From: Gammaproteobacteria bacterium
GTDB lineage: Bacteria; Pseudomonadota; Gammaproteobacteria; Xanthomonadales; Wenzhouxiangellaceae
Length of the DNA: 64,000 nucleotides
NCBI GenBank assembly: GCA_003565625.1
Contig: PXBD01000008.1
Location: 17,568-81,567 of the forward strand
Direction: 5' to 3'
Made by a program: the position numbers and the translations under genes. This document shows positions 56,978 to 64,000 of this stretch, in pieces. Position 1 is the stretch's first letter, and each line of letters begins with the position of its first letter. The notes under the pieces are model-generated. The model saw only the letters and a program-made list of their open reading frames with translations. It was not told where the DNA came from and made no database searches.

Positions 56978-58858
56978 TCAAGCAGCGGAGCGGTGGCGTT
57001 TGAGGTAGACGAGGATCTGGGAGATGGCGGCCGGGGTCATGCCGGGGATGCGGCTGGCCTGGTCGATCGAATGGGGGCGGATGCGGTCGAGTTTTTCGGT
57101 AAGCTCGGCCGACAGGCCCTTGACGGCTTCGAAGCGGAATTCGGCCGGAATCGTCTGGTCGGCGGCGCGGCGCTGCCGGTTGATTTCCGCTTCCTGGCGG
57201 TGCAGGTAGCCGGCGTAGCGGACCTGGATCGCGACCTGTTCGGCCACGTCTTCTGTTGCCACGCCCGGGCCAATGCCTTCGACCTGCATCAGGTCGGCAT
57301 AATCCACCTCTGGACGCCGCAGCAGTTCTTCTGCGGTCACGTCCTTGCTGATCCTGATGCCCAGGTTTTCGGTTGCAGCCCGGGCCCGGGCGGATTCTGC
57401 GCCGATGCGTAGTCCGCGCAGCCGCTCCAGTTCGGCGGCAACGGCATCGCGGCGCCGGCAGTAGGCCTCCCAGCGCGGATCGTCGATCAAGCCCAGCTCG
57501 CGCCCGGTTTCGGTCAGGCGCAGGTCGGCGTTATCCTCGCGCAGGTGCAGGCGAAATTCGGCCCGGCTGGTGAACATGCGGTAAGGCTCGGGCGCGCCCT
57601 GGGTGATGAGGTCGTCGACCAGGACGCCGATGTAGGCCTGGTCGCGGCCCGGCGTCCAGGGCTCCAGTCCGGCCGCCTGGCGGGCGGCGTTGAGCCCGGC
57701 CAGCAGGCCCTGGGCGGCAGCTTCTTCGTAGCCCGTGGGGCCGTTGATCTGACCGGCAAAATATAGCCCGCCGATACAACGGGTCTCGAGGCTGGGCTTG
57801 AGGTCGCGCGGGTCGAAGAAGTCGTATTCAATGGCATAGCCGGGGCGGGTGATATGAGCCTGCTCCAGACCGGGGATCGAACGCACCAGATCGATCTGGA
57901 CGTCGAAGGGCAGGCTAGTGGAAATCCCGTTGGGATACCACTCGTTGACACCCAGCCCCTCGGGCTCGAGAAAAATCTGGTGGGAAGACTTGTCGGCAAA
58001 GCGCACCACCTTGTCTTCAATCGACGGGCAGTAGCGCGGCCCGGTGCCTTCGATGGCCCCGGAGTACATCGGTGAGCGCTGCAGGTTGGCCCGGATCAGA
58101 TCGTGCGTGGACTCCGAGGTCCGGGTGATCCAGCAGGGCACCTGGCGCGGGTGGGGCTCACGCTGGCCCAGAAAGGAAAACACCGGCCGCGGTTCGTCGC
58201 CCGGCTGCTCGGTCAGGTTGGAAAAATCGATACTGCGTCCGTCTAGGCGCGGCGGGGTGCCGGTCTTCAGGCGCCCGACATTCAGCGCCAGCTCACGCAG
58301 ACGGGCGGCTAGGGCATTGGCCGGTGCATCGCCGGCGCGGCCACCGGCCAGGCGGGTTTCGCCCATGTGGATGCGCCCGCCGAGGAATGTGCCGGTGGTC
58401 AGAACCACGGCTCTGGCGTGGAAGTCCAGGCCCATCGCGGTGCGCACGCCAACCACCTGCTCACCTTCGACCAGCAGGTCATCGACCGGCTGCTGGAACA
58501 GACTCAAGTTGGGCTGTTGTTCCACCGCGCGGCGAATAGCCGTTCGATAGAGGCTGCGGTCGCACTGGGCCCGGGTGGCTCGGACGGCCGGCCCCTTGCG
58601 CGCATTGAGCGTGCGCCACTGAATGCCGGCCCGATCGGCGGCCTGCGCCATCACGCCGCCGAGAGCGTCGACTTCACGGGTCAGGTGTCCCTTGCCGATT
58701 CCGCCGATCGCCGGGTTGCAACTCATCTGGCCAATCGTTTCAATGCTGTGGCTGACCAGAAGGGTGCGCGCGCCCGTGCGCGCCGCGGCCAGCGCCGCCT
58801 CGGTGCCGGCATGACCGCCGCCGATAACAATCACGTCGAAAGAATCCGGATACCTCAT
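56978..58858 (-). CDS. mnmG: tRNA uridine-5-carboxymethylaminomethyl(34) synthesis enzyme MnmG
   Basis: [48 protein letters not shown]; ATG 58858. Confidence 0.97.
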   Translation of the reverse strand: MRYPDSFDVIVIGGGHAGTEAALAAARTGARTLLVSHSIETIGQMSCNPAIGGIGKGHLTREVDALGGVMAQAADRAGIQWRTLNARKGPAVRATRAQCDRSLYRTAIRRAVEQQPNLSLFQQPVDDLLVEGEQVVGVRTAMGLDFHARAVVLTTGTFLGGRIHMGETRLAGGRAGDAPANALAARLRELALNVGRLKTGTPPRLDGRSIDFSNLTEQPGDEPRPVFSFLGQREPHPRQVPCWITRTSESTHDLIRANLQRSPMYSGAIEGTGPRYCPSIEDKVVRFADKSSHQIFLEPEGLGVNEWYPNGISTSLPFDVQIDLVRSIPGLEQAHITRPGYAIEYDFFDPRDLKPSLETRCIGGLYFAGQINGPTGYEEAAAQGLLAGLNAARQAAGLEPWTPGRDQAYIGVLVDDLITQGAPEPYRMFTSRAEFRLHLREDNADLRLTETGRELGLIDDPRWEAYCRRRDAVAAELERLRGLRIGAESARARAATENLGIRISKDVTAEELLRRPEVDYADLMQVEGIGPGVATEDVAEQVAIQVRYAGYLHRQEAEINRQRRAADQTIPAEFRFEAVKGLSAELTEKLDRIRPHSIDQASRIPGMTPAAISQILVYLKRHRSAA

Positions 58859-58898
58859 GGCGCGATAGTGTAGCAACCGGCCCTCACCGGAGCCAGCT

Positions 58899-59792
58899 TT
58901 ATCGCTCCCGGTCGACTCGGCGCGGCGCGCGCTCGCGAACCTGGCGTTCCGAGGGAGTACTGCTTCGGCGCGGGGGTGGCGCGGACTGGCGAACCGGTGT
59001 CGGGCGAGACTCTGGAGCCCGCGGCGAGCTTGCGCTGCGCGGAGGCGGCGCAGGCTCCGGGCGCTGCAAGCGGCTGGGTTCCCGGGCTCGCGTCGGCTGA
59101 TGGCTTGGTGTTCTGGAAGAGCGACTGCGCGGAGTCGCAATCGGGCGCGACTCCGGGCTGCGCTGGGGGCTGGCGCGCGGCGCTGTTGCCGTGGCCGGAC
59201 GACGCGAACTGGCGGCAGCGCGATCTTCGGCAATCCGATGGCGCGTCATCGCTTCCGAGCGGACCGGAAGGTTGCGCGAGCGCTCTCCTGGTCCGGCCAG
59301 TCGCGGTTCACGGTAGCGCGCATCGATCGCCTGCAGGCGATCGTCAATGTCGCGAACGCGATGCGCGGGCGGGCGCTGCGGGGCATGCACCGGGTAGTAC
59401 ACGTAGTGCGGACGCCAGGGTTGGTAACTGGCGTAGCCAAACCCGAATGAATACCAGGGGTAGTAAAAGCCGCCGCTGAAGGCAAAACTGCTGCGCGGAC
59501 CGGGGCGGTAGCCGTAGTACCAGCCCGGGTAAGGATAGAACCAGGGATCATGGTGCGCCACCACGACCGAGTAAGGATGGTAGAAGCGGCTGAAATAGAA
59601 GTAATCCAGAGACCAGTAGGGGTAGAGCAGCGGGTCGCTGATGACTACCGTTTGGGCACGACTGCGGGGCTGGTCGAAGTAGACGCCGTCTCCACCATAG
59701 CGAGGCTGGTGGTAGGTGACGCAGGCCGTGCCGGTCAGCGCGATCAACGCGATGACGCAGAGCTTGAAAATCGGCGCGACGACCTTCTTCAT
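58899..59792 (-). CDS. Putative lipoprotein with Tyr/Pro/Trp-rich region and disordered Arg/Ser/Pro tail
   Basis: Signal peptide ending GTAC; aromatic-rich N-half, low-complexity C-half. Confidence 0.65.
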   Translation of the reverse strand: MKKVVAPIFKLCVIALIALTGTACVTYHQPRYGGDGVYFDQPRSRAQTVVISDPLLYPYWSLDYFYFSRFYHPYSVVVAHHDPWFYPYPGWYYGYRPGPRSSFAFSGGFYYPWYSFGFGYASYQPWRPHYVYYPVHAPQRPPAHRVRDIDDRLQAIDARYREPRLAGPGERSRNLPVRSEAMTRHRIAEDRAAASSRRPATATAPRASPQRSPESRPIATPRSRSSRTPSHQPTRAREPSRLQRPEPAPPPRSASSPRAPESRPTPVRQSAPPPRRSSTPSERQVRERAPRRVDRER

Positions 59793-59844
59793 GGCGATGA
59801 GCATAACGCGAACGGGTAAACCCTGTCTGAACGAGGGGAGGGGT

Positions 59845-60462
59845 TCAGTTGTTGTTGATCAGGGCCCGCAGATCGGCCGTCCCGATCCTGCGCAAAGGCT
59901 GGCCGTCAATCGGACTGGGCGGCGGGTGGATGGCGTCGCGCCCGATCATCAGCGTCATCTCCACGGTTTGCTCGCCGGCTTCGACCACCAGCACGTCGAC
60001 CTCGCGGTGGCTGCCGTCGCGCCAACGAATCCTGCGGCGCTCCTGCTCGAATTCGATGCCGTGTTCCATCAGGAAACGCACAACCGCATCGGGATCTTCG
60101 GAAAACAGATGCAGGCACACGCGCGAATACTCGTCAGCCGTGCCTTCCAGGACCGGGCCGACCAGGCGCGGCTGGAATGGCTCGAGAAACAGCATGGCTT
60201 CGAGGGCGGCCGCGCGCATGACCTGCAGCCGTTCTGCATGCTCGTTGCCGCCGTACAGCGCCTGCCATTCCTTGAGCGCGCGCTCGATTTCGGCATTGGA
60301 CGGCAGGCCGCCGCGGGTGGATACACCGACCCTAGCTGCAGCCTTGTGCTTGGCGGCCAGATAGGAGCGCTGGCCCTCGGTCGCAATGATGCGCGCGGCC
60401 TCTGCGGCTACCTCCTGGCGCAGGCGCTGGCTGGCTTCGCGCTTGAATGATCGCTTGCCCAT
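59845..60462 (-). CDS. Hypothetical protein (possible degenerate nucleotidyltransferase fold)
   Basis: AAEAARIIA..G..SY..AKHKAA, LPSNAEIE, PRLVGPVLEGTADEYS.V.LHLF; 10 nt downstream of mrcA. Confidence 0.75.
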   Translation of the reverse strand: MGKRSFKREASQRLRQEVAAEAARIIATEGQRSYLAAKHKAAARVGVSTRGGLPSNAEIERALKEWQALYGGNEHAERLQVMRAAALEAMLFLEPFQPRLVGPVLEGTADEYSRVCLHLFSEDPDAVVRFLMEHGIEFEQERRRIRWRDGSHREVDVLVVEAGEQTVEMTLMIGRDAIHPPPSPIDGQPLRRIGTADLRALINNN

Positions 60463-60471
60463 GCCGATGGA

Positions 60472-62940
60472 TCAGAAAATGTCGTACGGGTCGCTGCGGT
60501 CGCCATTCTCGCCAACCGCTTCCAGCGCCGGCAGGTTGTCGGAATGGAACCACTCGGCGACTGCGCCGGGGGCGCCGGGACGGGCGCGCAGCCCGGTGTC
60601 CGGGTTGATCATGGCCCGCGCCAGCCCCACCGGCTCGCCCGGCAGGCGCTCCGGTCGTCCGGCGAGCGCGGTTTCCATGAACTCCACCCATAGCGGTAAT
60701 GCGGTGCGACCGCCCTGTTCCTGGCTGCCGAGCGATTCGTTGTCGTCCATTCCCAGCCAGACCGTGGCCACCATGCCGCCGCCGAAGCCGACGAACCAGG
60801 TGTCACGCAGGTCGTTGGTGGTCCCGGTCTTGCCGGCCAGGTCAGAGCGGCCCAGGGTCAATGCCCGGCGACCCGTGCCTTGACTCACTACGTCGGCCAG
60901 CATGGAGTGGATCAGCCAACTGGTTTGCGGGCTCAGTACCCGGGGCGCGATCGAGGGAATGCTCGGCCCGACCGGTTCCGGTTCGGCGGCGTTTGTCGCG
61001 GCGGCCAGATCAAGGCGCCGCGGGCCGGTCGGGCCGGGTTCGGGGGCAGCTTGCGGCGGCGGCTCCGGCCTGAATTCGGGGCAGTCGGGGCAAATACGCG
61101 GCCAGTCGGGTTCGTGAACGGTGCGGCCGAAACCGTCGGTGACCCGATGAATGAACTGGGGCTCGATCGCATGGCCGCCGTTGGTGAAGGCGCCGTAAGC
61201 GGCGGTTACGCTCAACGGGGTCAGCGATGCCGAGCCCAGCGCCATCGACGGTCCGGCCGGCAGGTCGGCTCGAGCGAACCCGAAGTCGCTGATGTAGTCG
61301 CGGGCGTAATCCAGGCCGATGTCCATCAGCAGGCGCACGCTGACCAGGTTGCGCGAATGCACCATGGCCTCGCGCAGGCGGGTGGGACCGTAGAAGCGAC
61401 GACCGAAATTGGTGGGTCGCCAGGCTCGTTCCAGCGATGGGTCGTCCAGCACCACCGGGGCGTCGTTGACCAATGATGCCGGGGTGTAGCCGCGATCCAG
61501 GGCGGCGGCGTAAATAAAAGGCTTGAAGGCAGATCCTGGCTGGCGCCGGCTCTGGGTGACGCGGTTGAACTGGTTGCGGCTGAAGTCCAGTCCGCCGACC
61601 AGCGCCCGGATTGCGCCGGTGTCGGCTTCCATGGCCACCAGGGCGGCTTCGGCTCGCGGAATCTGGGCAAGACGCCAGTTGTCTCCTACCAGCCGCATCC
61701 GGACCAGGTCGCCGGGTTCGAGCACGTCGCTGACCGCGCTCGGACGGGCCCCGAGGGCGTTGAGCTCGAGAAAGGGCCGCGCCCAGGACAGGCTGTCAAG
61801 CTCGATGGTGACTTCCGCGCCGCTGCGCAGCTGCAGCCGCGCCAGTGTCTCGTCGCTTTCCAGTACGAGTGCGGGGACCAGATCGGCAACCGGCCGGACT
61901 TCGCGCAGGCGGGACTCGCGCGCGCCGGGGTCCGACAGGCTTTCCGGGTCAAGGCGCTGTTCGGGGCCGCGCCAGCCATGGCGGCGATCGTAGGCCTGCA
62001 GGCCGTTGCGCACGGCTTGGTCCCCGGCTCTTTGCAGGGCCGACTGGAGCGTGGTGTGAACCTGGTAGCCGCCGGAATAGGCCTGCTGGGCGCCGAACAG
62101 GTCGACCAGTTCCTGGCGCACCATTTCGGCAATCCAGGGCGCGCTGAGTTCGACCACCGGGGCATGCAGGCGGGCCGTGTTCGGTTCGGCCAGGGCGGAG
62201 GCTCGATCCTGGTCCGAGATGTAGCCCAGTCGGTGCATGCGCTCGATCACCCAGTTGCGCCGGATCATGGCCTGGCGTGGCCCGGAAACCGGGTTGTCCC
62301 GCGAGGGTGCCTTGGGCAGGGCGGCCAGCTGGGCCATCTGGGCGATCGTCAGGCTATCGAGGTCGCTGCCGTAGTAGACGTGCGCAGCAGCGACGATGCC
62401 GTAGGCGCGGTGGCCCAGAAATTCCTTGTTCAGGTACAGCTCGAAAATTTCGTCCTTGCTCAGTTCCCGTTCGATTTTCAGGGCCAGCAACATTTCACGC
62501 AGCTTGCGGGTGACCGAGTATTCCGTGCTCAGAAAAAATCGCCGCGCCACCTGCTGGGTGATCGTGCTGCCCCCGGGTACCCGGCCCTGGCCGAGGCTGC
62601 GGCCGTACAGCCAGGCGCCGCGCAGGGTGCCGCGCCAGTCGATTCCGGGATGGCGGTAGAAACGATCGTCCTCGGCGGCGAGAAAAGCCAGCCGCTGCAG
62701 TTCCGGCACGTCGGCCAGCGCAACCGGCGTCCGGCGCTGTTCGCCGATCTCGGCAATCAGCCGCTGGTCTTCGGAAAAAACCCGGAGCGGCACCTGCAGT
62801 TGGACATCGCGCAGGGTTTCCACTTCCGGCAGGGTCGGCACCACGATCAGCCAGACCGCAATCAGTCCTGCACCCGCTCCGAGCAGCCCCAGCGAAATCA
62901 GATAGATGGAAAACTTTGCTAAGCGCTTTATTCGAAGCAT
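60472..62940 (-). CDS. mrcA: Penicillin-binding protein 1A
   Basis: EDDRFYRHPG, GGSTITQQ, RKLRE, SAFK (SxxK), SRN, KTGT; divergent from pilM. Confidence 0.96.
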   Translation of the reverse strand: MLRIKRLAKFSIYLISLGLLGAGAGLIAVWLIVVPTLPEVETLRDVQLQVPLRVFSEDQRLIAEIGEQRRTPVALADVPELQRLAFLAAEDDRFYRHPGIDWRGTLRGAWLYGRSLGQGRVPGGSTITQQVARRFFLSTEYSVTRKLREMLLALKIERELSKDEIFELYLNKEFLGHRAYGIVAAAHVYYGSDLDSLTIAQMAQLAALPKAPSRDNPVSGPRQAMIRRNWVIERMHRLGYISDQDRASALAEPNTARLHAPVVELSAPWIAEMVRQELVDLFGAQQAYSGGYQVHTTLQSALQRAGDQAVRNGLQAYDRRHGWRGPEQRLDPESLSDPGARESRLREVRPVADLVPALVLESDETLARLQLRSGAEVTIELDSLSWARPFLELNALGARPSAVSDVLEPGDLVRMRLVGDNWRLAQIPRAEAALVAMEADTGAIRALVGGLDFSRNQFNRVTQSRRQPGSAFKPFIYAAALDRGYTPASLVNDAPVVLDDPSLERAWRPTNFGRRFYGPTRLREAMVHSRNLVSVRLLMDIGLDYARDYISDFGFARADLPAGPSMALGSASLTPLSVTAAYGAFTNGGHAIEPQFIHRVTDGFGRTVHEPDWPRICPDCPEFRPEPPPQAAPEPGPTGPRRLDLAAATNAAEPEPVGPSIPSIAPRVLSPQTSWLIHSMLADVVSQGTGRRALTLGRSDLAGKTGTTNDLRDTWFVGFGGGMVATVWLGMDDNESLGSQEQGGRTALPLWVEFMETALAGRPERLPGEPVGLARAMINPDTGLRARPGAPGAVAEWFHSDNLPALEAVGENGDRSDPYDIF

Positions 62941-63162
62941 GGCTTATGGTACAAGAGAGCGGAGACCCAGAAGGTTGGTTGCGACCACCTAAGACGCCGC
63001 TGCTGGAAAAAAGTGCCCGCAATCGTGCTGGAAGGGCAGACAGCGAGGCTGTTTGGATAGTATAGTGCTTCCGGGGATCGGCCATGCAGCCGTTATCGGG
63101 AGGGAAAGTGTGAGCAACAGCACACGGATGGGGCAGGTTCAAGCGAGGGCGACGAGACGCAG

Positions 63163-64000
63163 ATGAACGGAATTCTGGGCAAGCTGCTGGGCAAGGGTTC
63201 GGCTCCTTTGATGGGTGTTGATATCGGCACCGGCAGCATCAAGGTGGTGCAGTTGGCCCGGGCCGGGTCGGGCTTGCAGTTGCAGGCATTCGGCGTGGAG
63301 CCGCTGCCGGACAACGCGGTCAGCGAGGGCGTGATCCTGGAAGCTGAGCCGGTGGCCACGGCCCTGCGCTCGGTCATCAAACGGTCGGGCGCGTCGGCCA
63401 AGCGCTGCGCCATGGCGGTAACCGGCTCGGCCGTGATCACCAAGATGATCAACCTCCCGGCCGATCTGAGCGAGGACGACATCGAAGCGCAGATCGAGGT
63501 CGAGGCAGGACACTACATTCCCTATCCGCGCGAAGAGGTCAGCCTGGATTTCGAGGTGCTCGGCCCGTCGCCGCGGAACGCCGACCTGCTCGAAATTCTC
63601 CTGGCCGCCTCCAAGACCGATCACGTCGATATGCGCCGTGAGGTGGCAGAGCTTGCCGGCGTTTCGATCCAGGTGGTCGATGTGGAGTCCTTTGCCGTTG
63701 CCAATGCCTTTGATCTGGTTCGCCGGAACTCCGGGGTGGACGAGTCGGCCACGCTGGCGGTGCTCAACATCGGTGCGGTGTCGTCTAGCATGATCGTGCT
63801 GCGCGGCAACCGCAGCATCTACAGCCGCGAACACTCTTTCGGCGGCAATCAGCTGATCGAGGAATGCATGCGCCGCTACGGCATGGATGCCAACCAGGCC
63901 AGGTTCATGCAGCGTGGCGAGGCGCCGCCGGCTGGCTTCGAGGACGAGGTGCTGGAGCCTTTTCGCCAGAGCATCATCCAGCAGATCAGCCGCGCCCTGC
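63163..64000 (+). CDS. pilM: Type IV pilus assembly ATPase-like protein PilM (3' end beyond window)
   Basis: Absent from the ORF track. Manual translation from ATG 63163 gives MNGILGKLLGKGSAPLMGVDIGTGSIKVVQL...AVTGSAVITK...YIPYPREEVSLDF...VVDVESFA...FGGNQL. Classic mrcA/pilM divergence. Confidence 0.93.
   Translation, partial: MNGILGKLLGKGSAPLMGVDIGTGSIKVVQLARAGSGLQLQAFGVEPLPDNAVSEGVILEAEPVATALRSVIKRSGASAKRCAMAVTGSAVITKMINLPADLSEDDIEAQIEVEAGHYIPYPREEVSLDFEVLGPSPRNADLLEILLAASKTDHVDMRREVAELAGVSIQVVDVESFAVANAFDLVRRNSGVDESATLAVLNIGAVSSSMIVLRGNRSIYSREHSFGGNQLIEECMRRYGMDANQARFMQRGEAPPAGFEDEVLEPFRQSIIQQISRAL

Noticed and set aside
56807-59000. Replication origin near mnmG
   Set aside because: No TTATCCACA-type DnaA box cluster or AT-rich unwinding element seen; flanking intergenic regions are short
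203-63834. Many long alternative-frame ORFs (e.g. 203-1438 +, 44809-46863 -, 48160-50076 -, 38558-39979 -, 63139-63834 -)
   Set aside because: They lie antisense or frame-shifted over well-supported genes, lack family motifs, and are expected shadows in high-GC coding DNA

Overview
High-GC, densely coding chromosomal window from a gammaproteobacterium. A Wenzhouxiangella/Xanthomonadales-like halo-alkaliphile is my inference from gene content, not a database result. In order it holds: an Mrp Na+/H+ antiporter operon (E-F-G-B'-B-C-D, cut by the left edge), a NERD protein and cardiolipin synthase, metK-ahcY-metF, assorted hydrolases, an HNH + 5'-3' exonuclease pair, and degQ. An ~18 kb acetate module follows (16.3-34.7 kb), then a PAS/GAF/GGDEF/EAL protein coupled to an MlaEFD/PqiC-type ABC operon, AbgT, an ATPase-less TolC-HlyD-ABC2-ABC2 cluster, an M17 peptidase, MATE, sppA, an AGCS symporter, mnmG, mrcA and the start of pilM. 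I saw no rRNA, tRNA, CRISPR array, transposase or prophage. The most interesting region is the acetate module. Besides acs, actP/DUF4212, a DcaP porin and CrbS/CrbR, it carries a second SLC5-STAC histidine kinase, a stand-alone receiver, a membrane-anchored PAS + degenerate (His-less) histidine-kinase scaffold fused to an intact DEDDh exonuclease, and a cNMP-CBS-DUF294 nucleotidyltransferase. I read this as a candidate transporter-linked nucleotidylation writer/eraser signalling system (inference). The acs and actP promoters share a near-identical GAC-N4-GT(C/A) box plus TACACT -10 architecture (probable CrbR sites). All family assignments are by-eye motif recognition; no searches were run.
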